From positions 62,738 to 126,737 of the forward strand of contig JAKAJH010000001.1 in assembly GCA_021813905.1 (NCBI GenBank): 64,000 bases of DNA, given 5' to 3'. The stretch comes from Bacteroidota bacterium (GTDB taxonomy: Bacteria > Bacteroidota > Ignavibacteria > UBA10030). The notes under the pieces are model-generated. The model saw only the letters and a list, made by a program, of their open reading frames with translations. It made no database searches and had not been told where the DNA came from. Below, one piece after another: positions 56,215 through 64,000 of the stretch. How positions within the stretch are numbered: the first letter of the stretch is position 1; each line of letters opens with the position of its first letter. Position numbers and translations under genes: made by a program.

Positions 56215-57428
56215 AGCCAGTCCCGCACCATTTTTCGTTCGCCGATGTAGATCTCGTTCGGTGAGCTCGGGTCGAGCGCCCATTTGATGCGCTCGATGCC
56301 CTGCTTCACGTCCTTCACCGTCGTGGCATAGCTCAGGCGCAGATGGCCGTCCATGCCGAATTCCTTCCCGGGCACCGTGACGACCAGCGCTTTCTTCAGC
56401 AGGAAGTCCGACAGCGCGACCGAATTCCCGTTGTACGCCCGGAAATCCGGCAAGCAGTAGTACGTCCCGTCGGGCGGGATCAGCTTGACGCCGTTGAATG
56501 ACTGCAGCTCCTGCACCATCACGCGGCGATTGTTCTCCAGCGTCAGCCGGAGCGTTTCGACGGCATTCTGGATGCCCGTCAGCGCGCCTTCCGCCGCGGC
56601 CTGCAGAAGGATCGACGTGCACGTGGATGTCTGCCCCTGCACATTCGTCATGACGGAGACAATCTGCCTGCTTGCCACCGTCCAGCCGATGCGGAATCCC
56701 GTCATCCCGTACAACTTCGAGATGCCATTGATCGTGATGACGTGGGTGGCGTCGATATCCTTGGTCGTGTACTTGTAGGCGATCGGCGACTTCTTTCCTT
56801 CAAAGACGAGCTTGTTGTAGATGTCGTCCATGATCAGGTAGATGCCCTTCCGCTCGCACAACTCCACCAGCTCCGCAATGAATGACTCGGGATAGATCGC
56901 CCCGGACGGGTTGTTGGGGCTGTTGACGACGATGACCTTCGTGTATGAGCTGAGGGCCTCTTTCACATCCTCCATGGTGGGGATGAAGGATCCGTCTCCC
57001 GGTGTGACGATCACGGGAACGCCGTACACCATCTTCACCATCTCCGGGTAACTGACCCAATAGGGTGCGAAGATGATGACCTCGTCCTGTGGATTGAGCA
57101 GCGTGTAGAGCAGGTTAAAGAGCGCCTGCTTGGCTCCCTGCGAGATAATGACGTTGTCGGGAGTGACGATGCGGTCGTAATTCTCTTCGGTGTACCGGAC
57201 GACAGCCTTCTTCAGGGAAGAGATGCCGTCCGCCGGTGTGTACTTGATGTCGCCGGTGTTGAGCTTGGCGGCGGCGCTGAGAATGGCGCTGATGGGTGCC
57301 TTGTTCTTCGGTTCGCCCGCCCCGAGATGAATGACGGCTTCGCCGCGTTCGCGCAGCCTGGCTGCCTCTTCATTCAGTCGAAGGGTCGGCGATTCAGGGA
57401 TTGAACCTGCGAGTTTGCTGACGCTCAT
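56211..57428 (-). CDS. class I pyridoxal-phosphate-dependent aminotransferase (aspartate/aromatic type)
   Basis: IHLGAGEPKNKAP, NSPNNPSGA and the PLP-lysine context NGISKLYGMTGFRIGW. ATG 57428 is preceded by AGGAGG 12 nt upstream. Confidence 0.9.
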   Translation of the reverse strand: MSVSKLAGSIPESPTLRLNEEAARLRERGEAVIHLGAGEPKNKAPISAILSAAAKLNTGDIKYTPADGISSLKKAVVRYTEENYDRIVTPDNVIISQGAKQALFNLLYTLLNPQDEVIIFAPYWVSYPEMVKMVYGVPVIVTPGDGSFIPTMEDVKEALSSYTKVIVVNSPNNPSGAIYPESFIAELVELCERKGIYLIMDDIYNKLVFEGKKSPIAYKYTTKDIDATHVITINGISKLYGMTGFRIGWTVASRQIVSVMTNVQGQTSTCTSILLQAAAEGALTGIQNAVETLRLTLENNRRVMVQELQSFNGVKLIPPDGTYYCLPDFRAYNGNSVALSDFLLKKALVVTVPGKEFGMDGHLRLSYATTVKDVKQGIERIKWALDPSSPNEIYIGERKMVRDWL

Positions 57429-57508
57429 GTCTTGTCTAACCTCCTGATGGGAGTGCGTGCGGTGCGACATCCGGGTGGAGGGCACGGCGCAGGACGTATT
57501 CTACCTAA

Positions 57509-57537
57509 AACGTACGAGGATTTTGCGTTGAATTCAA
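57509..57537 (-). promoter_or_regulatory. putative promoter of the aminotransferase-pckA pair: TTGAAT-N17-TACGTT
   Basis: Read on the minus strand. The -35 sits in the 10-bp palindrome TTGAATTCAA. An alternative -10 (TAGAAT, 57498-57503) has no good -35, so the assignment is ambiguous. Confidence 0.28.
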
Positions 57538-57547
57538 CGAACAAACA

Positions 57548-57570
57548 GTCCGGCCGGTCCGCCGGAGGAC
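57548..57570 (-). terminator. possible terminator after coaD
   Basis: The minus-strand RNA has a 6-bp GC stem (UCCGGC/GCCGGA) with a 6-nt loop, followed by CUGUUUGUUC, about 30 nt after the coaD stop. Confidence 0.35.
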
Positions 57571-57598
57571 AACAAGACCGTCGGATGGAGAACTGCGG

Positions 57599-58087
57599 CT
57601 ACCGGGACGTCCCCCGATTCTTTGCGGCAAGGGCCTTCCGAACAACGGGAGGCACAAAGTTTCGCACGTCTCCACCGAGGCGGGCGATTTCGCGCACGAT
57701 GTTCGAACTCAGATATGTATAGCGCTCGTTCGGCATGAGAAAAACAGTTTCGACGCGCTCGTCGAGTTTCCGGTTCATCAGAGCCATCTGCAGCTCGAAT
57801 TCGAAGTCGGTCATCGCCCGCAGTCCGCGGACAATGGCGGTGGCCTTGCGCGTACGGACGTAATCGACCAGCAGTCCCTGGAAGGAATCGACGTCCACGG
57901 CGCCGTATTTCTTCGTGGCTTCGCGGAGCAGTTCCAGCCGCTCCTCCTCCGAGAACAGCGGATTCTTCGCGGAGTTGCGCGCGATGGTCACGACGACGCG
58001 GTCGAACAGCTTCAGAGCCCGCTCGAGGATGTCGAGGTGCCCGTTGGTGACAGGATCGAATGTTCCGGGATAGATCGCGATCTTCAT
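57599..58087 (-). CDS. coaD: phosphopantetheine adenylyltransferase
   Basis: MKIAIYPGTFDPVTNGHLDI (T/HxGH nucleotidyltransferase motif) and the ISSTLVRE-like segment SSNIVREIA. Length is 162 aa. Confidence 0.94.
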   Translation of the reverse strand: MKIAIYPGTFDPVTNGHLDILERALKLFDRVVVTIARNSAKNPLFSEEERLELLREATKKYGAVDVDSFQGLLVDYVRTRKATAIVRGLRAMTDFEFELQMALMNRKLDERVETVFLMPNERYTYLSSNIVREIARLGGDVRNFVPPVVRKALAAKNRGTSR

Positions 58088-58089
58088 CG

Positions 58090-58665
58090 TCAGGTCCTTT
58101 CTGGCGCGGCGGAATCCGGTTTGATCGTCTTCAGGACGAGCACGGTCGTCTGACCGAACGGCTTCCGGATGATCTCAAACGCGGTCTCATGCAGTTCGAC
58201 GGCCGACTCGCGGCTGTGTTCCATGACTACCCACGTGCCGTGTGCGGCGACCGCCGATTCGTGGATCCGCATCGGCAACTCTCCGATCCGCTCCAGGCGA
58301 TAGGGGGGATCGGCGAACACGACGTCGAACGTCTGGTGCGTCGTGCGCAGGTACCAGAAGACATCCGCCGAATAAACCGTGGAGCGGTCGTCGCATCCCA
58401 GCGTGCGAATGTTGCGCTCGAGGATGTCCAGTGACGAGCGTGCGCTCTCCACGAATGTCGCGTGCGCGGCGCCGCGGCTCAACGCTTCCAGGCCGAGACT
58501 GCCGCTGCCGGAAAACAGGTCGAGCACCCGCGCGTCGGTCCAGTCGAACCGGGCCGACAGCATGTCGAAAATCGTCTGCTTGGCGCGGTCCGTGGTGGGG
58601 CGAATGGAACGGTCCCGTGCGGATATCAGGGGGCGTCCGCGAAACGTCCCGGCAATGATCCTCAT
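58090..58665 (-). CDS. rsmD: 16S rRNA (guanine966-N2)-methyltransferase
   Basis: MRIIAGTFRGRPL, RPTTDRAKQTIFDML, SAM motif VLDLFSGSGSLGLEA, and DPPY in VFADPPY. Confidence 0.92.
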   Translation of the reverse strand: MRIIAGTFRGRPLISARDRSIRPTTDRAKQTIFDMLSARFDWTDARVLDLFSGSGSLGLEALSRGAAHATFVESARSSLDILERNIRTLGCDDRSTVYSADVFWYLRTTHQTFDVVFADPPYRLERIGELPMRIHESAVAAHGTWVVMEHSRESAVELHETAFEIIRKPFGQTTVLVLKTIKPDSAAPERT

Positions 58666-59579
58666 GTCCGCAGCGCCAGGCCGATGGCGGCCGCGAACCG
58701 CTGGCTCTCTTTGACGTACGGCCTATAGATCTTGTCCGAGACCGGCAGCTTCCTTACCGCATTGAGCGCGACCGTTTGCTTGATACCGGTCTCGCCGCGG
58801 AGTCCGACGACGAGATCCTGCGTCACCTGTGCGCCGTGCAGGAGAAGCGCCGCCGGCTGGTTGGCGCTGTAGCGCTCCTTGACATATTTCAGATACGCCG
58901 TGATCGACCGTCGGGGATCCACGCTGCCGTCGGAGGGGAACGCCCGATAATCGGTCATCTGTCCGTGATGGATCAGGCTGGCGTCAACGCCGGTGGGACG
59001 GAGGCAAAAGAGAACGATGTCGTGCTCGAGGATCTCCGGGTAGTTCGTGATCAGCGTCTTCTCGGTGCTGAACTGATCGACATCGACGATGTGCATGCGG
59101 CTTTTCAGTTCGGCAGCCACCTTCTGCAGGAACGCGACCATGCCTCTCCGGATGGCCACCATGAATGCCTGCGGCGTGCCGGATCCCTCCAGCGGGAGCC
59201 GGTGAGAATCCAGGATGAATTCCTTCGGCGAGACGCCGGGGAAGTACTGCGCCGTTTCCCACTGCAGGTGTGCCGTCCACTCCGCGCCCTTGAGACCCGG
59301 ATCGGCGGGAATGATGGCGATGAACATCGGTTCCGGCGGCAGCGCAAAGGAGATCGTCGCCGGGGAGATCATGTTCTGCTTCAGCAGGTCCCGCAGCTCC
59401 GCAACGAAGTTGGCCAGCTGGGGATGGCCCGCGGTCAGCGTGGTGCCGGCAGTGGAGAAATCCATCGCCGTGTCCCGCTCTGCCAGGCAGGTGAGTGTCA
59501 GCTTCTTTCCGTGTTCCACTTCGGCAAGCTGGATCTTGTTCTGCAGGAAGGAAAGGCCGACAGTTCGGGTCGATTTCAT
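58662..59579 (-). CDS. hypothetical protein, PilM-like (actin-like ATPase fold suspected)
   Basis: 305 aa from ATG 59579 (MKSTRTVGLSFLQNKIQLAEVEHG...). The VGLSF..IQLAEV start, HIVDVDQFS and LFCLRPTGVDASLIHHGQ segments resemble, by eye, the PilM pattern GLDIGS..IK.VEL / VDV..FA / VDIGA..T. The phosphate-binding Asp/Gly residues are not conserved. Confidence 0.55.
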   Translation of the reverse strand: MKSTRTVGLSFLQNKIQLAEVEHGKKLTLTCLAERDTAMDFSTAGTTLTAGHPQLANFVAELRDLLKQNMISPATISFALPPEPMFIAIIPADPGLKGAEWTAHLQWETAQYFPGVSPKEFILDSHRLPLEGSGTPQAFMVAIRRGMVAFLQKVAAELKSRMHIVDVDQFSTEKTLITNYPEILEHDIVLFCLRPTGVDASLIHHGQMTDYRAFPSDGSVDPRRSITAYLKYVKERYSANQPAALLLHGAQVTQDLVVGLRGETGIKQTVALNAVRKLPVSDKIYRPYVKESQRFAAAIGLALRT

Positions 59580-59583
59580 TGGT

Positions 59584-60015
59584 CTACTTTCCGTGTGCGT
59601 TGTCGAGCGTGACATAGGGCGACAACTGCTGGAGCTTGCGTCTTGAGATTCCTTTGACCGCGGACAATGCGTTGATCGACCGGAAAGGCCCGTGGTCGGT
59701 CCGGTACTGCACGATGCGGTCGGCAAGGACGCGGCCGATCCCCGGCAACGTCATCAGCGCTGCACGGTCGGCGGTGTTCAGATTGATCCGGTTGTCCGTT
59801 CCTTCCAATGCCGGCGTCAGCGGTGCCTCGGCCGCCTGCGCGCTGCGCGCGGCGAACGTGCTGTCCGACGACCGGTACTCGAATGATGGCGCGTCCGGAA
59901 ACGTGGCGCGGTACAGCCGGATGCCCGCGCCGACAGCCAGCGTGGCTGCCAGGAACCATAATACCTTCCGCTCCGTGCCCGTCAACGCCAGCCATTCCAT
60001 CAGGCGCTTGAGCAT
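59584..60015 (-). CDS. comEA: ComEA-family helix-hairpin-helix DNA-binding protein
   Basis: N-terminal TM anchor, linker, and C-terminal HhH pair (INLNTADRAALMTLPGIGRVLADRIVQYR...GISRRKL). Confidence 0.85.
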   Translation of the reverse strand: MLKRLMEWLALTGTERKVLWFLAATLAVGAGIRLYRATFPDAPSFEYRSSDSTFAARSAQAAEAPLTPALEGTDNRINLNTADRAALMTLPGIGRVLADRIVQYRTDHGPFRSINALSAVKGISRRKLQQLSPYVTLDNAHGK

Positions 60016-60021
60016 GCCGGG

Positions 60022-61194
60022 TCAGGAAAACGCATCCTTCACTTTATCGAAGAACGACCGGTCTGCATTCCGGCGCTCGTCTTCGTTGGGAGAGATGTGT
60101 TCGCTCGCGGCCAGCTCCTTCAGCAGTTCCTTCTCACGGCTGTTGAGCTTCGACGGCACCCAGATGTTGATGCGCACGAGCTGGTCGCCGCGACCGTAGC
60201 TGTTCAGGTGCGGAATACCGCGTTCCCGCATCCGCAGCATGCGTCCCGGCGGTGTGCCGGGCTCGATCACGAGCTTCGCTTTTCCCGTGAGCGTCGGGAT
60301 CTCCACGTCCGCACCGAGCACCGCGCTGGGATAGCTGATCAGCAGATCGTAGATGATATCGTCGCCGTTGCGGCGGAAATGACTGTGCGGCTGCTCCTCA
60401 ATCACCACGATGAGGTCGCCCGCCGGTCCGCCGCGGCGTCCGGCATTGCCCTGTCCCTGGAGCGGGATGTAGTTGCCTTCCGATACGCCGGCCGGCACCG
60501 TCACCTTGATGGTCGATTCGCCCGCCACGCGTCCTTCACCGCGACAGGTGGTGCACGGATCCTTCACGATGCGTCCCTCGCCGTCGCAGGTCGGACACGC
60601 TGTGATGTTGACGAACTGGCCGAACATCGACCGGGAGACTTGGCGAAGCTCGCCCGAGCCGTTGCACTGCGGGCATGTCGCCTTTCCGGCGGAGGAGCGT
60701 GCGCCGCTGCCGTTGCATGTGTCGCATTTCTTCTGGCGCTTCACCTTCAGCTTCTTCTCCACGCCGGTCGCGATCTCCTCCAGAGTCAGGGGAAGCCGGA
60801 CACGGAGATCGGAGCCGGGTTGGCCGTGCTGGCCGCCGGACCGTCGTCGGCCGCGCTGCGTCGCGCCGAACATTTCGTCGAAAATCGTCCCGCCGAAGCC
60901 GCCGCTGAAGATGTCGCTGAACGCGCTGAAGACGTCGTTGACGTCCGTGAAGTCGTGGTAGTTCGTGCCGCGAAGGCCTTCATGCCCGTGCATGTCGTAG
61001 CGCTGGCGCTTCTCGGCGTCGCTCAGGACCTCGTACGCCTCGGCGGCTTCTTTGAATTTCTCCTCCGCCTCCTTGTTCCCCGGATTGCGGTCGGGATGAA
61101 ACTTGAGCGCCAGCTGCCGGTATGCCTTTTTGATCTCGTCCGGCGATGCGTTCCGTTGCACCCCCAGCACTTCGTAAAAGTCGCGCTTGGCCAT
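60022..61194 (-). CDS. dnaJ: molecular chaperone DnaJ
   Basis: J-domain (DFYEVLGV...HPDRNP), G/F region and four CxxCxGxG zinc motifs. Length is 390 aa. Confidence 0.96.
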   Translation of the reverse strand: MAKRDFYEVLGVQRNASPDEIKKAYRQLALKFHPDRNPGNKEAEEKFKEAAEAYEVLSDAEKRQRYDMHGHEGLRGTNYHDFTDVNDVFSAFSDIFSGGFGGTIFDEMFGATQRGRRRSGGQHGQPGSDLRVRLPLTLEEIATGVEKKLKVKRQKKCDTCNGSGARSSAGKATCPQCNGSGELRQVSRSMFGQFVNITACPTCDGEGRIVKDPCTTCRGEGRVAGESTIKVTVPAGVSEGNYIPLQGQGNAGRRGGPAGDLIVVIEEQPHSHFRRNGDDIIYDLLISYPSAVLGADVEIPTLTGKAKLVIEPGTPPGRMLRMRERGIPHLNSYGRGDQLVRINIWVPSKLNSREKELLKELAASEHISPNEDERRNADRSFFDKVKDAFS

Positions 61195-61763
61195 CAGTGT
61201 CCCTCACCCTCCGCCGGCGCGGCGGAGACCACCACCTTCGCATGGCGAATGACCCGGTCATGAAGGAGATAGCCTTTCTCGACCTCCTCGATCACCGTGT
61301 GCGGTGGAACGTCGCTCCGCGGCATCTGCAAGAGCGCGTCGTGGAATTCCACGTTGAATTCCTTGCCGACGGTCTCAAACGCCTTCACGCCGAAACCTTC
61401 CAGTATGCGGACGAGCTTCTGATGGATCAGTTCCACGCCTTTCAGGAACGAGTCGTGATCCGCGCCGGAGCGACCCGCTTTCAGAGAGCGCTCGAAGTCG
61501 TCGAGGACGGGAAGGATATCCGAGAGCAGATCTTCGTTGGCGCGACGGATGACGGATCCCATCTCCGCTTCATTGCGTCGCTTGTAGTTGTCGAATTCCG
61601 CGGCTTTGCGAAGCAGCAGATCCTTCGTCTGATTCAGTTGCTTTTGCAGATCCTCCAGCTCAATCGCGGAGGTTGTCGGGGGAGGAAGCTCCGCCGGTGC
61701 GGCATCTCCTGCCGCCGGCGGGGGAGTGCTGTTCTCCTGGATCGGTTCGTTCTGTTCTGCCAT
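61194..61763 (-). CDS. grpE: nucleotide exchange factor GrpE
   Basis: Coiled N-terminal half and a GrpE C-terminal beta domain ([15 protein letters not shown]...H.A). Its stop shares one base with the dnaJ start (TGATG). Confidence 0.93.
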   Translation of the reverse strand: MAEQNEPIQENSTPPPAAGDAAPAELPPPTTSAIELEDLQKQLNQTKDLLLRKAAEFDNYKRRNEAEMGSVIRRANEDLLSDILPVLDDFERSLKAGRSGADHDSFLKGVELIHQKLVRILEGFGVKAFETVGKEFNVEFHDALLQMPRSDVPPHTVIEEVEKGYLLHDRVIRHAKVVVSAAPAEGEGH

Positions 61764-61768
61764 AGGTC

Positions 61769-62824
61769 CTATTTAGATGACATCAGAAGGTCTGCGATGG
61801 CGCGCGCCACGTAGTCGACCAGAGGGATCACGCGCGGATATTCCATCCGTTTCGGTCCGATGATCCCCACCCGGCCCGTGACGCCGTTGACGTTGTAGAT
61901 CGCCGTCACGACGCTGTAATCTTGTGCCGATTCGTCGGTATTCTCCGCGCCGATCGTCACGACGGAAGTACCGTCCTGCTGCTCATGCTTTTCGAGAAGG
62001 TGGACGATGATGTCCTCGTTCTCGATGAGCTCGATGACGCTGCGGAAATTCCTCGGGTCCACAAATTCCGGCTGCTCGATGATGTTCTTCGTGCCGCCGA
62101 TATGCAACTTCTCCCGTTCCTTTGAATCGCTGAAGAGCTGGTCCACGGAATCGACGAACAGGCGGATCAGTCCCGTATGCTCGTCCCGGATGTCGCGCAT
62201 GCGGTCGACGAAGGTATCGCGGATCTCGCGGAGCGTCAACCCGGAGAGGCGCTCGTTCAGGCGCCGGCTGAGGTCATCCAGCCGATCCCGAGCCACTTCC
62301 GCACCGATCTCCAGCATGATGGTCCGGATGATTCCCGTCCGGATCGACACGACCACCAGCAGGCGGGATGAGGAGACCGGAATCAGCTCCAATTTCTCGA
62401 AAATCCCTGAACTCAGGTGGGGAGAAGTCACGATGCTCAGTTGACGCGAGATCTTGCCGAGAAGCCGGGAGGTCTCCCGGAGCATCTCCTCGGTGTCAAC
62501 CACCGTATCCAGATGCTTCTGAATGGCATGGCGATCGATCTCGCTGATGTTTTCGACCTCCATCAGGTAGTCGACGTAGAAACGGTACCCTTGGTCCGTC
62601 GGCACCCGGCCGGCCGATGTGTGCGGATGGGTCAAATAGCCGAGTTCCTCAAGGTCCGCCATGACGTTCCGGATCGATGCGGCGCTCAGTCCCGACTCAA
62701 AATGGCGGGAAATGTAGCGGGAACCGACCGGAATGGCCGTCCGGATGAAGTTGTCGACCACGTGGCGCAGGACGCTCTGTTCCCGCGGGGAGAGTTGCTG
62801 GTTTTGTGCTTCTTGTTCTGGCAT
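61769..62824 (-). CDS. hrcA: heat-inducible transcription repressor HrcA
   Basis: The N-terminal winged helix (LSPREQSVLRHVVDNFIRTAIPVGSRYI) and the HrcA C-domain layout match the family. Length is 351 aa. Confidence 0.92.
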   Translation of the reverse strand: MPEQEAQNQQLSPREQSVLRHVVDNFIRTAIPVGSRYISRHFESGLSAASIRNVMADLEELGYLTHPHTSAGRVPTDQGYRFYVDYLMEVENISEIDRHAIQKHLDTVVDTEEMLRETSRLLGKISRQLSIVTSPHLSSGIFEKLELIPVSSSRLLVVVSIRTGIIRTIMLEIGAEVARDRLDDLSRRLNERLSGLTLREIRDTFVDRMRDIRDEHTGLIRLFVDSVDQLFSDSKEREKLHIGGTKNIIEQPEFVDPRNFRSVIELIENEDIIVHLLEKHEQQDGTSVVTIGAENTDESAQDYSVVTAIYNVNGVTGRVGIIGPKRMEYPRVIPLVDYVARAIADLLMSSK

Positions 62825-62847
62825 CGGGAAATTCCCAAAAGCAATAA

Positions 62848-62876
62848 AAAATAGCGATAAATCAAGCCTGAGTCAA
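62848..62876 (-). promoter_or_regulatory. putative hrcA operon promoter: TTGACT-N17-TATTTT
   Basis: Read on the minus strand in the AT-rich patch, with a 17-nt spacer. The -10 ends 23 nt before ATG 62824. Confidence 0.4.
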
Positions 62877-62997
62877 GGTAAGGCTGTTGAACGATTCGGG
62901 TGTCCGACGCGAACCGAATGAGACTCGCAGCAATGATTTGATGCACGGTCCGCAATTCTGATGCGTTCGCGGATGTGCGTCCCGTGCAGGTCGTTCG

Positions 62998-63026
62998 TTG
63001 ATTCGCCCTTCAAATTGTGCTATCTT
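62998..63026 (+). promoter_or_regulatory. putative carA promoter: TTGATT-N17-TATCTT, near-leaderless
   Basis: Read directly. Only 10 nt separate the -10 hexamer from ATG 63037, and no Shine-Dalgarno-like purine run lies between them. Confidence 0.38.
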
Positions 63027-63036
63027 AGACCCCGAC

Positions 63037-64000
63037 ATGAAAGCAAAGCTGGTACTGGAGAATGGCGTCGAGTTCACGGGTGAATCGTTCGGCGCTGAAG
63101 GGGAGACAACGGGGGAGGTCGTCTTCAATACGAGCTTGACCGGATATCAGGAGATCCTGACGGATCCGTCCTACGCCGGTCAGATCGTGACGATGACCTA
63201 TCCGCTCATCGGCAACTACGGCGTGAATGCGGAGGATCTGGAATCGGTGCGTCCGCAGGTCGCCGGGTTCGTCGTCAAGGAATACAGCGAATTCCCCAGC
63301 AATTTCCGCTCAACCGGCAGCCTCGGCGACTGGCTGGCCCCCCACAGCATCATCGGCATCGAAGGGATCGACACCCGCAAGCTCACGAAGATTATCCGCA
63401 CGGTCGGTGCCATGCGCGGAATCCTTTCGACGGCAGACTTGACCACCGCGGAGCTGCTTGCGCGCGTGAAGCGATCACCGGAGATGACGGGTCTCGATCT
63501 GGCGGCCAAAGTCACCACCCATGAACCGTACCATTGGAATTCCATCGACCGCACGCCGTTCGCGCTTCAACCACAGATCACGAACGATCCCGGCCGGTAC
63601 AAGGTCGTGGTGTATGATTACGGCGTGAAGCACAACATCCTGCGTCGCCTCGCATCCTACGGCTGCGACCTGACTGTTGTGCCGGCGTCATTTCCGGCGG
63701 AGGATGTGCTTGCGATGAAGCCGGACGGGATCTTCCTGTCGAACGGTCCCGGAGATCCCGCCGCCGTGCGGTACGGCATCGCCAATATCGGGAAGCTGAT
63801 CGGGAAGCGGCCGATGTTCGGGATCTGCCTGGGGCACCAGCTGCTGGCGCTGGCGCTGGGGGGAAAGACCTTCAAGCTGAAGTTCGGACATCGCGGGGCC
63901 AATCATCCGGTGAAGAACCTGCGCACCGGCGCCATCGAGATCACGTCACAGAACCATGGGTTCGCCGTCGATCCGAATGCGCTCGACCCCAAGAGCATTG
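63037..64000 (+). CDS. carA: carbamoyl-phosphate synthase small (glutamine amidotransferase) subunit, 3' end outside window
   Basis: Not in the ORF track because no stop lies in the window. My own translation from ATG 63037 gives [64 protein letters not shown]...[15 protein letters not shown]...HRGANHPV, the CarA N-domain plus the GATase catalytic Cys and His region. Confidence 0.92.
   Translation, partial: MKAKLVLENGVEFTGESFGAEGETTGEVVFNTSLTGYQEILTDPSYAGQIVTMTYPLIGNYGVNAEDLESVRPQVAGFVVKEYSEFPSNFRSTGSLGDWLAPHSIIGIEGIDTRKLTKIIRTVGAMRGILSTADLTTAELLARVKRSPEMTGLDLAAKVTTHEPYHWNSIDRTPFALQPQITNDPGRYKVVVYDYGVKHNILRRLASYGCDLTVVPASFPAEDVLAMKPDGIFLSNGPGDPAAVRYGIANIGKLIGKRPMFGICLGHQLLALALGGKTFKLKFGHRGANHPVKNLRTGAIEITSQNHGFAVDPNALDPKSI

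Noticed and set aside
54574-56622. Maximal-ORF 5' extensions in the supplied track. The pckA ORF is 682 aa. Similar cases start at 8911, 11970, 22663(-), 22775, 24862, 35346, 37171, 41364, 46280(-), 46045, 46925, 57485(-) and 59726(-).
   Set aside because: The extensions precede the conserved family N-termini and often overlap the upstream gene or a promoter-like AT-rich patch. They are compositionally Arg/Pro/Gly-rich. An internal ATG, GTG or TTG gives family-typical lengths and frequently a 4-nt start/stop overlap.
62894-62919. GGTTCG-containing hairpin in the hrcA/carA spacer, considered as a tRNA fragment.
   Set aside because: There is no acceptor or anticodon arm pairing around it and the T-loop consensus is incomplete. 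I treat it as a simple inverted repeat.
63013-63021. TTGTGCTAT, a 6/9 match to the CIRCE right half GAGTGCTAA.
   Set aside because: There is no matching left half at the required 9-nt spacing. The sequence coincides with the carA -10 region.

Overview
GC-rich bacterial chromosomal segment (third codon positions are mostly G/C; composition not computed). It is almost entirely coding: I call 59 protein genes, and most gaps are under 130 bp. The content is housekeeping. Main blocks:
- Acyl-CoA and leucine-type catabolism: gcdH fragment, meaB, an ACAD, and an MccB-like carboxyltransferase.
- Nucleotide metabolism: guaB, purD, deoB, carA.
- Translation and secretion: hisS, def-fmt, lepA, two lepB copies, lgt, rlmB, rsmD.
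- Chromosome partitioning: parAB.
- A Kdo/Lpt block (kdsA-kdsC-kdsD-lptC-lptA-like-lptB) followed by aroF-tyrA.
- pckA plus an aminotransferase.
- A tightly packed hrcA-grpE-dnaJ-comEA-orf-rsmD-coaD string.

Several features suggest a high-GC member of the Bacteroidota/Ignavibacteriota/Rhodothermota-like (FCB) group; this is inference only. They are a short (284 aa) primary-type sigma factor, DUF5683 and DUF2723 proteins, a TonB-dependent receptor, and -10 elements resembling TAnnTT(T)G.

I saw no rRNA, tRNA, CRISPR array, transposase or integrase, and no AT-rich island suggesting recent acquisition. I do not see a convincing novel multi-gene accessory or defence system. The unusual items are at the level of single genes or regulatory sites:
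- a GAF-GAF-GGDEF protein with a degenerate A-site but an intact I-site;
- a sugar nucleotidyltransferase fused to a phosphohexomutase-like domain whose four catalytic loops all look degenerate;
- an orphan PilM-like gene embedded next to comEA in the heat-shock operon;
- a terminator-like hairpin in the lepA leader;
- a recurring TTGnnn-N17-TAnnTT promoter architecture, including apparently leaderless genes;
- several perfect palindromes in promoter regions.

Many maximal ORFs in the supplied track over-extend at the 5' end. Many long antisense ORFs are high-GC artefacts.
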